A stretch of 64,000 nucleotides of DNA from Myxococcota bacterium (lineage in GTDB: Bacteria; Myxococcota_A; UBA796; CAJQPC01): positions 1-64,000 of the forward strand of contig JAZAMN010000049.1 in the NCBI GenBank assembly GCA_036229005.1. Reading direction: 5' to 3'. Positions 8,884-18,662 of the stretch are shown here, one piece after another (the stretch's first letter is position 1; every line of letters begins with the position of its first letter). The notes beneath the pieces are model-generated. The model had not been told where the DNA came from. It was given only the letters and a program-made list of their open reading frames with translations, and did not search any database. The position numbers were made by a program, and so were the translations under genes.

Positions 8884-9636
8884 ATGGAACTGCGCGAGAA
8901 GCTCCTGAGGAACCCCAAGGTGCCTGACGCCTTGGTCGACGACGTGATCCACCGGGCCCAGGCGCTCAAGGACGCCGAAACCCAGCGGGGGGAGGGTGCC
9001 TCTCTCCAGGAGATCCAGGCCGTCGCGGCGGAGCTGGGGATCGAGCCCGAACACGTGGCCGACGCCCTGGGACAGCTCCGGGGCGAGGCCCAGGACGCCA
9101 AGGAGCAGGAGGCCGCCGAGGCCGCGCTGGAGGCCGAGAAGGCCCGGGTCCGTCAAGCGCAGATCAAGCGCTTCGGTGCGATCGGGCTCGCGGTGTTTTT
9201 GGCCTTCGGGGCGCTCTTTGGCGGGACTGCGATGGTGGGCCGCAGCCAGGTATTGGACGCGCAGGCCACCCTGGGGCAGGCCCAGGCGGCGCTGGAGGTG
9301 CAGCTCGATCGGCAGGCGGCGCTGGTTCCGCAGCTCGTTGTCCTCGCCGGTGGTCAGAGTGCAGAGTTGCGCGAGGCCCAGGATGCGCTGGGTGAGGCAC
9401 AGACCCTCGAGCAGCGACTCGCCGCTTCCCAGGAGCTTTCGGTGTCGGCGGCCCAGGCACTCAGCGGGGTGGAGACGGATGAGGGGACGGCCCTGAACCT
9501 GCAGTACGAGCTGACCGGGGCCACCAACCGCATCACGACGGAGCAGCGGCGCTACGCGGAGGCGGAGGCGGCCTACCAGTCGGCGACCAGCGGTGCGGCG
9601 GCCCAGCTTGCGATCGGGCTTGGCCTCGCACCCTGA
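8884..9636 (+). CDS. LemA-family membrane protein with N-terminal helical extension
   Basis: TM then VQLDRQAALVPQLV and LQYELTGATNRITTEQRRY, LemA-like motifs. Confidence 0.7.
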   Translation: MELREKLLRNPKVPDALVDDVIHRAQALKDAETQRGEGASLQEIQAVAAELGIEPEHVADALGQLRGEAQDAKEQEAAEAALEAEKARVRQAQIKRFGAIGLAVFLAFGALFGGTAMVGRSQVLDAQATLGQAQAALEVQLDRQAALVPQLVVLAGGQSAELREAQDALGEAQTLEQRLAASQELSVSAAQALSGVETDEGTALNLQYELTGATNRITTEQRRYAEAEAAYQSATSGAAAQLAIGLGLAP

Positions 9637-9670
9637 GCCGGGTCCCTGATTCCCGTCAGGGACGCAGTGA

Positions 9671-11158
9671 TCAGGTCAGCAGCGCGTCCAGGGGGCCCGT
9701 GGCGATGCGCGTCTCTCCTTCGCCGCCGAAGTCGTCCAGGGGCACCCCTGCGGCGTAGCCCAGGGTGTTGAAGAGGTTGGAGAGCTGCCGGTTCTCGGCC
9801 TGCTCCACGCCCGGGTAGTGCAGGGTGCGGCCGCCGGTGTTCAGCCCCAGCGCGCCGCCGCCCAGGAGCAGGGTGGGCCACTCCGAGCCGGTGCTGTGGT
9901 GCTGCTCGCCGTTGTCGGAGAGGTAGAGGATGGCGGTGTGGTCGAGCATGGTGCCGTCGCCTTCGGGGACCGCGTCCAGGGTGCGGGCGAGCCTGGCGAT
10001 CAGGGAGACGTGCTCGCGGGTGACCTGGTGGATGGCGTCGGCGTAGACGTTGCTCTCGCTGGCCCCGCCGGAGAGGTGGTGGAGGTCATGTCGGCCCAGG
10101 TCGGGCTCGATCCCGCTCACCTCCTGGAGCACGCGGGTGTACCGCATGTAGCCGAACTCGCCGCCCGTCCCCGAGGTCACCACGGCGACGTTCGTGAGCC
10201 CCCCGAGCAGCGCGGCGGCGACGTTGTCCATCTGGGCCTCCAGCACGTCGAAGTGGTCTCCGGTCGCGTAGAGCGGGTTGGTGCTGGGGTCTTCGGGGGC
10301 GGGGAAGGGGGTGCCGGCCTCGGAGAGCGCGGTGGCCATCTCCTGGAGGCGCTGCTGGCGCGTCTTCACGGCCTCCAGGCTGCTGAGGTAGGCCTCGAGC
10401 TTGGCGCGCTCCCGGCTGTTCCCCGGGAAGGTGGCCAGGGCCGCGTTGACGTCGTCGATGGCGAAGTCGAGCTGCAGGCTCTTGCGGTAGAAGTCGCCCG
10501 CCCCGGAGCTGCCCGGGACGAAGCCGAAGAGGTTGCCGTAGGACAGCCCCGGGTCCAGGCTGACTGGGGCGGAGCGGCCCTCGCCGAAGGCGCAGGTGGC
10601 GTTGGAGAGGATGGCCCCGCTGGAGCCTACGCCAACGCGCACGCAGTCAAAGGGCGTGCTGCCGCGCACGGTGGACTGGGCGGCGAGCCAGGCGTCGATG
10701 GTGGGTCCGGCCGGTCGGCTGGAGCTGGAGCGGGTGGAGGAGAGGGCGCCGAAGTGGGAGCTGTGCCCACCGTTCGTGATTCGGGAGCTCAACCCCAGCA
10801 GCACCGCGGCCTTCTCACTCAGGTCGGACTGGTCGGCCCCAGCGAGGAGAGGGTCAAGCGCCAGCGCGGTCCCCAGATCGCCCTGGGTCTCCAGCATGGC
10901 GCTGTGGCCCACGCGGTTGTAGGCCCAGCGCAGGGTCCCCAGGTCGTAGCCGCTGCTGGCGCTGGCCTGGGCCGCGTCCTGGGCGCTCTCGCTCAGGAAG
11001 CTGATGGGCTCGATGCAGTTGCCTTCGACCACGATGACGAAGCGGCGGGCGCTGGGTTCGGCGGCGGTGGCGGCGCGCATGAAGGGGTGGAAGAAGCCGG
11101 CGCCGGCGCCCAGGGCGCCCAGTCCGGCCAGAAGCTGTCGGCGGGTGGGGCGGGGCAT
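9671..11158 (-). CDS. DUF1552-family protein with Tat signal
   Basis: TRRQLL Tat motif; HDLHH, EGDGTMLDHT, SDNGEQHH; coupled to DUF1592-like gene. Confidence 0.8.
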   Translation of the reverse strand: MPRPTRRQLLAGLGALGAGAGFFHPFMRAATAAEPSARRFVIVVEGNCIEPISFLSESAQDAAQASASSGYDLGTLRWAYNRVGHSAMLETQGDLGTALALDPLLAGADQSDLSEKAAVLLGLSSRITNGGHSSHFGALSSTRSSSSRPAGPTIDAWLAAQSTVRGSTPFDCVRVGVGSSGAILSNATCAFGEGRSAPVSLDPGLSYGNLFGFVPGSSGAGDFYRKSLQLDFAIDDVNAALATFPGNSRERAKLEAYLSSLEAVKTRQQRLQEMATALSEAGTPFPAPEDPSTNPLYATGDHFDVLEAQMDNVAAALLGGLTNVAVVTSGTGGEFGYMRYTRVLQEVSGIEPDLGRHDLHHLSGGASESNVYADAIHQVTREHVSLIARLARTLDAVPEGDGTMLDHTAILYLSDNGEQHHSTGSEWPTLLLGGGALGLNTGGRTLHYPGVEQAENRQLSNLFNTLGYAAGVPLDDFGGEGETRIATGPLDALLT

Positions 11159-13488
11159 CAGTTCTCGCCCTCCTCTTCGGTGTGGCGCATGAGCAGGGCG
11201 TCGTGGGTGGCCATGACCTCGAGCATGGAGACGAAGGAGCCGCCGCTGTCGTCGTAGGCGAGCTCCATCTCGGAGAGCACGCAGGCGTCGGCCATCGTCT
11301 CGTCCCGCCCGGCGAAGTAGCGGAAGGTCTGGCGCACGAAGCAGCGCTTGACGTAGTCGGAGCCGGCCAGGGCCTCGGTGAGCTCGATGGCGTCAACATA
11401 GCTGCCGTTGAGCGCGGGGTCGGGGGCGTTGTCCAGGTAGGTGGACCCGTCGGGGGCGTAGCCGTGGTCGTCGGCTCGCAGCATCCCGGCGTGGTTGTAG
11501 ATCTCGAAGGCCATGCCCAGGCTGTTCATGTCCTGGTGGCAGACCATGCACTCGGCCTGGCCCTCGATGCTCTCGTCGATGCGGTCGCGGGCGCGCAGGG
11601 TGCCGTCGCTCTCGATGAGCTGGGCGGGCACGTTGACGAACTCCAGGGGCAGCACGGACTGGCAGAAGAGGTGCTCGCGGATCCAGTGGCCGCGGGAGAC
11701 CGCGCTGGGGCCGTCCTCGAAGGCGTCGCCGTGGGTGGCCAGCCAGGCGGGGTGGGTGAGCATGCCGGCGCGCTCGTAGCTGGGCAGGTCGGCCCAGCGG
11801 TGGGCGGGGCTCTCGTCGCCGATGTCGCCTTCGACGTCGAAGATGCGGTTGGTGTAGTCGGTGGACGCGGAGATGGAGCTGCCGGCGTAGCGGGTGGTGC
11901 TCGCCAGGTACCAGGTGCGGGTGGTGAGCAGCTCCGCGAGCACATCGTGGTCCTGCACGACGATGCGCGCGATGGTGTCCTCGAAGAGCTGCAGCATCGT
12001 GGGCTCGTGGCCGTAGTACCCGCTCTGGAGGTTGGAGAAGCTGTTGTCGATGTACCCCTCGACCTCGCTGCCCTCGTAGAAGGTGGTGGCCTCGGGCGTG
12101 TCCTTGAAGAGGGTGGGGAAGTCTTCGACGTCGAAGAACTCCAGGAAGAAGTGGTCGATGCGGTTGGCGAGCCACTCTTCGGCCCGGGCCTGGCTGCGGC
12201 GGCTGTCTCCCCAGTCCAGGTAGGTGTCGGTGCGGTCGGGGTCGGTGCCCATCGCGTAGAGGCGCAGCAGCGCGCTGGCGACCTCGGGGTCGGAGATGCT
12301 GCCGTCGGCGGCTGCGGCCTGGAGCTCGGGCATGTTTCCTTCGATGACCAGGTCGTAGCTGTTGTGGGCGCCGAGGCCCCAGCGGAACACGCCCTGGGCG
12401 CCGATGGCCCGGTCGTCCAGCATGTGGCCCATCATCCGGGCCTGCTCCCAGGGGCCCAGGCGGCGCAGCCCATCGCTGTCGGGGTCCCCGCCGAGCTCAC
12501 TGCGGAAGAGGGCGCCGGTGCTAAGCCAGGCGGCCGAGTTGATGTGCACCAGGGTCTCCTGGCGGGTCCAGCCCTCGCTGGCCTCCAGCTCGAAGGCCTG
12601 GTCGGCGAAGGCGCGGAGGCGGGTGAGCTCGTCGTCTGTCGGGGGGCGGTAGTAGGCGCCGCCCTCCAGGTAGGCCCGCAGGTAGGTGTCGATGCAGGCG
12701 CTGTCGGGCTCGGCGTCCTGGTAGATGCAGCGGAAGCTGCTGTCCTTCTGGGGCTGGTGCTGCCGCGAGTAGTCGGGCTCCGGGTAGATGTCGCTCCACC
12801 CGCCCCCGCCGTAGTGGGCCAGGTTCAGGTAGAGGTCCAGGGTGGCCTCGTCCATGCCGACGTCCTCGGCGTAGGTGGAGAAGCGCGCGGACGCGGGGAC
12901 GGCCAGGGGGTTGGAGGCCGCCGGGCTCGTGGCCTTGTGCCCGATGGTGCTGCGCCACTCCACGTCGTTGAGGCGGCGGATGCGCGCGGGGGAGCTGGAG
13001 ACGGTGCCCGGCTCGCAGGTGAACAGCGCGTCTTGGTCCAGGTCGTTGGGGTCGTAGGTCGTCTGCACGTCCTCGCCCTCCTCGCAGCTCGCGCCGGCGT
13101 CGATCCACTCCCCGAGCAGCGCCAGATCGGCGGCGTCCAGCTTCCCGCTGGGGGGCATCAGTTGCCCCGTCCCGCCCACGCTGGCGTGGCTGTCCTGGAC
13201 CTTGTGCCAGAAGTACGACGCCTCCCGGTCCCCGGGCTCCAGCAGCGCCATCTCGGGCACCTGCGTGGCGGGCTGTCCGGCCAGATCCCGCAGGTCCCGC
13301 AGGTCCAGGCCCCCCGGCGCCGACGCGGCGTGGCAGCCCGTGCAGTGGGTGGACATCAGCGCCTGCACCTCGGCGCAGGGCCCCTCCGCGATGGGGGCGG
13401 TGTCTTGGGTGGTTTGGGTGTCGTCCGTCCCGCCGCTGATGCCGCCGCGATCGCGGCAGGCCAGCAAGGCCAGCAGAGTCAGGCTCAT
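11158..13488 (-). CDS. DUF1592/DUF1588/DUF1585 protein with N-terminal cytochrome c domain (lipoprotein)
   Basis: LLAC lipobox, CTGCH...MPP, RRL, ERAGMLTHPAWL, RGHWIREHLFC, CMVCH, CFVRQTFRYFAGR. Confidence 0.82.
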   Translation of the reverse strand: MSLTLLALLACRDRGGISGGTDDTQTTQDTAPIAEGPCAEVQALMSTHCTGCHAASAPGGLDLRDLRDLAGQPATQVPEMALLEPGDREASYFWHKVQDSHASVGGTGQLMPPSGKLDAADLALLGEWIDAGASCEEGEDVQTTYDPNDLDQDALFTCEPGTVSSSPARIRRLNDVEWRSTIGHKATSPAASNPLAVPASARFSTYAEDVGMDEATLDLYLNLAHYGGGGWSDIYPEPDYSRQHQPQKDSSFRCIYQDAEPDSACIDTYLRAYLEGGAYYRPPTDDELTRLRAFADQAFELEASEGWTRQETLVHINSAAWLSTGALFRSELGGDPDSDGLRRLGPWEQARMMGHMLDDRAIGAQGVFRWGLGAHNSYDLVIEGNMPELQAAAADGSISDPEVASALLRLYAMGTDPDRTDTYLDWGDSRRSQARAEEWLANRIDHFFLEFFDVEDFPTLFKDTPEATTFYEGSEVEGYIDNSFSNLQSGYYGHEPTMLQLFEDTIARIVVQDHDVLAELLTTRTWYLASTTRYAGSSISASTDYTNRIFDVEGDIGDESPAHRWADLPSYERAGMLTHPAWLATHGDAFEDGPSAVSRGHWIREHLFCQSVLPLEFVNVPAQLIESDGTLRARDRIDESIEGQAECMVCHQDMNSLGMAFEIYNHAGMLRADDHGYAPDGSTYLDNAPDPALNGSYVDAIELTEALAGSDYVKRCFVRQTFRYFAGRDETMADACVLSEMELAYDDSGGSFVSMLEVMATHDALLMRHTEEEGEN

Positions 13489-13564
13489 TTGGGGCTCCCA
13501 GGCGGGAGCAGGCTACCAAGCGTCCCTGGGTTGGGGGAGGGCGAAAGGGTGACAGGGCGGGGCT

Positions 13565-14006
13565 CGGGTATCAGGTATCGGGTATCGGGTATCGGGCCTG
13601 AAGTTGCTCCAGGTCGAGGCGCTGTCTTTGGGGCGGACCCGGAAGCGCAGTCGGGGTTCGGACCTGTGGCGCGGACGGAGTTCCAGGCCCTCCCCGAGGC
13701 GCTTCCACAAGTCGGCTGCCACCAACGCGGGGAGCCCGGCCGAGCGTCATCGGCGGTTGCCGGTCCCCGGTCGCCTGTCGCCGCGGGGAGGGGCCGGGTA
13801 TCGGGTATCGGGTATCGGGCCTGAGGTTGCTCCAGGTCGAGGCGCTGTCTTTTGGGCGGACCCGGAAGCGCAGTCGGGGCTCGGACCTGTGGCCCGGACG
13901 GAGTTCCGGGCCCTCCCCGAGGCGCTTCCACAAGTCGGCTGGCATGCACGAGGGAGCTGGCCGAGCGTCATCGGCGGTAGCCGGTTGCCGGTCGCCTGTC
14001 GCCGCG
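13565..14006. repeat. Repeat cluster A: two tandem ~220-bp units, each starting with an (RGGTATC)n heptamer array
   Basis: 13565-13786 and 13795-14006 nearly identical; ends ccggttg-ccggtcc-ccggtcg-cctgtcg-ccgcg. Confidence 0.95.
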
Positions 14007-14030
14007 CGGAGTCAAGCCGATGGGGGGGCT

Positions 14031-14453
14031 CTACGCCTTCCGGTCCAGCTCCAACTCCCACCGATCCAGGCGCCTCTGCGCGTAGCCGGCGACAACGGGG
14101 CGCGCGTCGCGGACGAGGTCTCCCAGGGCTGCTCTGGCCTCCTGGGTGCCGGTGTCCGCCAGGGCCCAGCAGCACTTGCGGGCGAGGGCGTCGCTGTAGT
14201 CGTAGGGTGTGTAGGGCACGTCGGAGCGGGCGGTCTCGAACAAGGCTGCGACGGCACCCGGAGCGCGCAGCTCCTGCAAGGCCAGGGCGATGTCCTCGTG
14301 CCGGGCGTGCCAGCGGGCCTGCAGGGCCTTGCAGAGGGTCGGGACCACCTCGGGGCCGAGGCCTTGGGACCAGGCCTCGTCCAGGTGGTCTTCCAGGTCG
14401 TCGGCGTCGCGGCGTCGGACAGCGTCGGCCAGGAGCTCGGCGGGGGAGGGCAT
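14031..14453 (-). CDS. HEAT/PBS-lyase-like repeat protein
   Basis: WHARHEDIALALQ, LARKCCWALADTGT helical repeats; GGAG RBS. Confidence 0.75.
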   Translation of the reverse strand: MPSPAELLADAVRRRDADDLEDHLDEAWSQGLGPEVVPTLCKALQARWHARHEDIALALQELRAPGAVAALFETARSDVPYTPYDYSDALARKCCWALADTGTQEARAALGDLVRDARPVVAGYAQRRLDRWELELDRKA

Positions 14454-14601
14454 TGGAGGCTCCGGAGGGTGGAGGGGCAGGTCTCAGATGGGGATGAGTA
14501 TGCTCAGTCCCTGGGCTGCCTGGGCACCCCAGTCGCTTGGGTTGTCTTCAGAGTAGGCCTTGGAGTAGTAGAGATGCTCCGGTCATCTGGGGAGGCGAAC
14601 C

Positions 14602-15562
14602 ATGGCCCTGCTTGTTCTACAGTTCATTCTTGGATGTGGCCGTGCTGGAGATTCTGGGCTCTCTGACTCGGAAGACCCCGGACCCGATGAGATCCGGATT
14701 GTGGAGTTCAGCTCCACGGACGTGCCCTTCTGCTATGCAGATTGGGGACGAGTTCAGTTGCTGGGCCATGGACAACCAGCAGAATGAGTATGAGTTGACG
14801 GGGGACTACCCGGACTTCCCGGTGCGGGAGTTCTGGCCTTGGGAAAGCCGAGAGCAGGATCGCCAGATCGACTGGTGGGCCCTGGGCGAAGACGGAGAGT
14901 TTCACTCTCTGAACGGTGACTTGCCGCAGCACTTGGAATTCCCCACGGGAACCGATGGAAACGACTATCTGGAGCTCACCCCCCCAGGTAACGGCATGTG
15001 CATGATAGGCATGGATGGGGTGGTGGACTGCATCCTTGGCGCTGCGGATGCAGGCGGTACTGTCGCGGCTCGTGAGTTGGTCATGTTCGACAGCAACAAC
15101 GAGAGGGGTCAGTGTGCGCTCGACGCTGATGGCCAACTCGCGTGTGGGTCGGCCTCCTACGGGGGGGTGCCACGGTTCTGGGAGCCCGTAGGTGGGCTCG
15201 AGGCGCTCGCGAGCGTCAAGAACTTTGTCTGCGGGGTCTCTACGAGTGGCTCTTTGCAGTGCGCCAACATGAGTTATGAGGAGCCCATCGTCCTGCTTGA
15301 GGAGCCTATGGGGGGAGACTATGTCGGCGTTTCCATGTCGCCGTATGACGGGACTACCTGTCTGACCTCCCCCGACGACTCCGTTCACTGCTTCGAGTTT
15401 GGGGACCTGCCGGTCGTCTTCAGCCCTATCTGGGACTCTTCTCCAGGCCTTCGAATCGGCCAAGCCCGAGCCGCGCCAAGGGAGCCTTGGGTGGTCTGCG
15501 GCGTCGATCTGGACGCGAACATTCCCCAGTGCTGGGACCTGGACGGCAATACACGATTCTAA
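14602..15562 (+). pseudogene. Frameshifted lipoprotein with RCC1-like Cys-containing beta repeats, lower GC
   Basis: Signal/lipobox MALLVLQFILGC in the 14602 frame; repeats (CALDADGQLAC, CGVSTSGSLQC, CLTSPDDSVHC) in a different frame from ~14740. Confidence 0.6.
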
Positions 15563-15678
15563 GGACTTGAGTGACTCCTCGGGGAAGCCCCATAGGAGTG
15601 GGGATTGATCCTTGGGGAGTTGCCGGCGGGGGAGGCCATTGGAGGCTCCGGGGGAGGAGATGAGGGCGGGCTGGGGCT

Positions 15679-16148
15679 CAGGTCCCGGGTATCAGGTCTC
15701 GGTCATGACGCCGATGGTGGGCCGAGGCGCTGTCTTGGGGGAGGACCCGGAAGCGCAGTCGGGCTCGGACCTGTGGCGCGGACGGAGTTCCGGGCCCTCC
15801 CCGAGGCGTCCCCGCAAGTCGGCTGCCACCAACGTTGGAGCCTGGCCGAGCGTCATCAACGGCGGTTGCCGGTCGCCTGTCGCCGCGGGGAGGGTCAGGT
15901 ATCAGGTATCGGTCATGACGCCGATGGTGGGCCGAGGCGCCGTCTTGGGGGCGGCCCTGGAGCTTCATCCGGGGGCGAAACTGTGGCCCGGACGCAGGAC
16001 CGGGCCCTCCCCGAGGCGTCCCACAAGTCGCTGCCACCAAGGCCGAAGCCCGACCGAGCGTCATCGGCGGTCCCCGGTCCCCGGTCGCCTGTCGCCGCGC
16101 CCTACCCCGAACCCTGACCCCCGATACCCGATACCTGATACCCGATCC
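15679..16148. repeat. Repeat cluster B: two tandem units of the same family plus an inverted (GATACCY)n array
   Basis: 15679-15887 and 15896-16099 share the core with cluster A; reverse-complement heptamers at ~16115-16148. Confidence 0.93.
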
Positions 16149-17618
16149 CTACGTACCGCAGAAGGTCTGATACCCCTCGGTAAACCCCGAATCCGCCGGC
16201 TCAGAGAAGGAACGGTTGTCCTCGCTGGCGGTGAAGGGCTTGGAGAGCACGGACATCAAGCGGTCGGAGACGGTGAGGTCCCCGGTCTCGGCCGCTGCGA
16301 GGGCCTCTTCGACCCGGTGGTTGCGGGGGATGTACTCGGGGTTGACGAGGTCCATGGCGGCGGCCTGATCTGCGGCCTGCCCCTCGACCGCCAAGCGCGC
16401 ACGCCAGCGTCTGGACCAGAGCCCCAAGGCGAGGCCATCGGGGTACAGACCGGGTACAGCGGCGTCGCCTTCCCGGAGCAGGGTGGACAGGCGGCGGAAG
16501 CCCAGGGTGAAGTCGACCTGGCCCTTCTCCAGCAGCTCCAGGAAGTCGCTGATGAGCTTGCGGTCGGCCTCGGCGGGCTTCTGGATGCCCAGCTTGGCGG
16601 CCATGCGGCGCAGGTAGGCCTGCTCGAAGCGCTCGCCGTAGCTGCCGCGCAGGATGTCGGTGGCGGCCTCGGCGGCCTCCTTGCCCTCGCCGGGGATGAT
16701 GGGGAGCAGGGCCTCGGCGAGGCGGGCGAGGTTCCACATGCCGATGCCGGGCTGCTGCCCGTAGGCGTAGCGGCCGTGGTGGTCGATGGAGGAGAAGACC
16801 GCGGCGGGGTCGGTGGCCTCCATGAAGGCGCAGGGGCCGTAGTCGATGGTCTCGCCGCTGATGGTCATGTTGTCGGTGTTCATGACCCCGTGGATGAAGC
16901 CCAGGGACATCCAGCGGGCGATGAGCTCGGCCTGGGCCTCGCAGGTGGCGGCGAGCAGGCCCAGCGCGGGGATGGGGGCCTCCGCGGCCTGGGGGGCGTG
17001 GCGGGCGATGGCGTGGTCGCAGAGGGCCTGGAGGTTGGGCAGATCGCGCCGGGCGCCGAAGAAGGCGAAGCTCCCGACGCGGATGTGGGAGGCGGCGCTG
17101 CGGACCAGGATGGCGCCGGGCTCCTCGCGCTCGCGCCAGACGGGCTCGCCGGTGGTCAGGACGGCCAGGCTGCGGGTGGTGGGCACTCCCAGGTGGCGCA
17201 TGGCGTGGGCCATGATGTACTCGCGCATCATGGGCCCCAGGGTGGCCTTGCCGTCGCCGCCCCGGGAGTAGACGGTGCGCCCGGAGCCCTTGAGGCTCAG
17301 GTCGTGGAGGGCGCCGCTGGGTGTCTCGACCTCGCCCAGGAGCGCGGCCCGGCCGTCGCCGAGCTGGGGGTTGAAGTGCCCGAACTGGTGCCCGGCGTAG
17401 GCCTGGGCGATGGGCTGCGCGCCCTGGGGGAGGCTGCGGCCAGCCAGGAAGTCCAGGCCCGCGGGGGTGGAGAGCCAGTCGACGTCCAGGCCCAGGTCCT
17501 TGGCGAGACCGGTGTTCAGGCGGAGCAGGGCCAGGCGCGGGAAGGAGGTGGGCTCCCAGGGGGCCCCGGGGTCGGGGAGGGCGTCGGCGTAGCGGTGGTG
17601 GAGCGTGGGGGCGGGCAT
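16149..17618 (-). CDS. selO: Protein adenylyltransferase SelO/YdiU
   Basis: YAGHQFG, LGDGRA, KGSGRT, GDGKA, GFIHGVMNTDN, TIDYGP, C-terminal TFCGT. Confidence 0.95.
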   Translation of the reverse strand: MPAPTLHHRYADALPDPGAPWEPTSFPRLALLRLNTGLAKDLGLDVDWLSTPAGLDFLAGRSLPQGAQPIAQAYAGHQFGHFNPQLGDGRAALLGEVETPSGALHDLSLKGSGRTVYSRGGDGKATLGPMMREYIMAHAMRHLGVPTTRSLAVLTTGEPVWREREEPGAILVRSAASHIRVGSFAFFGARRDLPNLQALCDHAIARHAPQAAEAPIPALGLLAATCEAQAELIARWMSLGFIHGVMNTDNMTISGETIDYGPCAFMEATDPAAVFSSIDHHGRYAYGQQPGIGMWNLARLAEALLPIIPGEGKEAAEAATDILRGSYGERFEQAYLRRMAAKLGIQKPAEADRKLISDFLELLEKGQVDFTLGFRRLSTLLREGDAAVPGLYPDGLALGLWSRRWRARLAVEGQAADQAAAMDLVNPEYIPRNHRVEEALAAAETGDLTVSDRLMSVLSKPFTASEDNRSFSEPADSGFTEGYQTFCGT

Positions 17619-17645
17619 TGGGAACCTGGCTGTGGGGAGAATGGG

Positions 17646-18524
17646 TCAGTGGGCCAGGTTCTGTGCACGGTGGCCGCGTCGGGCCAACTGGCACTGCTTG
17701 GGGGTCACGCCGAAGTGGCGGCGGAAGGCGCGGATGAAGCTGGAGACGTCGGCGTAGCCACACTCCCAGCAGGCCTCGGTGACGTTGCAGGCGTCGTGCT
17801 CCAGCAGGGCGCGGGCGCGACCCAGGCGCTGCTCGCTCAGCCAGCGGCCGGGGGAGCTCTGGAAGATCCGGTGGAAGTCGCGCTTGAAGCTGCTCAGGCT
17901 CCGCCCGGTGAGGTCGGCCAGGTCCTGCAGTCCGACGGGGGTGAAGCAGTGCGCGGTGACGATGTCGCGGAAGCGGGCGTCGCCTTCGGTCACGGCGGAG
18001 GACATCGCGCCCGCCCAGAAGGCCCGCGCCGACGGCGAGTCGCTGGCCAACATCAGCTCCTGCACCTTGAGGCCCAGCAGGCGGGGATCCAGGGGCTCGT
18101 GGACGAGGCGGGCCAGCGCCTCCAGCAGGCCGGTCACGTAGGGGGTCGGGGTCTGCACCACGGGGACCGGAGCGGCGGGCGAGGCGGGCCAGTCGGCCAG
18201 GTATTGGTGGGCCAGTCCCTGGAGCAGGGGTTGCCGGAGGACCAGCAGGGTGGAGGCGTAGGGCCCAGCGGCGGGCAGGGTCTCGGTCATCACGTGGACG
18301 CCGGCGGGGAGCAGCACCATCTGGCCCGCCTGGACGCTGAGCGTGTCGCCGGGGACGGTCAGGAGCTTCTGGCCGGCCCGGACGAACACCACCATCGGGG
18401 TGCTGACCAGCACGCGCTGGCGCTGGACGCCGTGATGGTTGCGGTAGGCCAGGACGGCGCCGACGGGGAGCTCGACCCGCTCAGCGTCGGGCGGCAGATC
18501 TTGGGGGACGTGCAGGGTGCGCAT
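17646..18524 (-). CDS. AraC-family transcriptional regulator
   Basis: LADLTGRSLSSFKRDF and NVTEACWECGYADVSSFIRAFRRHFGVTP double HTH; divergent from ybhB-like gene. Confidence 0.92.
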   Translation of the reverse strand: MRTLHVPQDLPPDAERVELPVGAVLAYRNHHGVQRQRVLVSTPMVVFVRAGQKLLTVPGDTLSVQAGQMVLLPAGVHVMTETLPAAGPYASTLLVLRQPLLQGLAHQYLADWPASPAAPVPVVQTPTPYVTGLLEALARLVHEPLDPRLLGLKVQELMLASDSPSARAFWAGAMSSAVTEGDARFRDIVTAHCFTPVGLQDLADLTGRSLSSFKRDFHRIFQSSPGRWLSEQRLGRARALLEHDACNVTEACWECGYADVSSFIRAFRRHFGVTPKQCQLARRGHRAQNLAH

Positions 18525-18662
18525 GCCCCCAGAGAGCACGCGGGACGCGGTCGCGGCAAGCGCGCCGGTGCGGTTGAGCCGAATTGTCGACTTTCTGGGC
18601 TGTGGGGGCGAGCCGCTGGGTGGGGTCGGGGGCCAGACTGTCTCCGAACCCAGGAGGTCCCC

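Noticed and set aside
13485..16117. ORFs containing RYPIPDT or GIGYRVS peptides, also at 22468-23453
   Set aside because: Translations of heptamer arrays in several frames; indels between copies break the frame
16149..16160. Selenocysteine at the SelO C-terminus
   Set aside because: Protein ends FCGT with a TAG stop; Cys-type homolog
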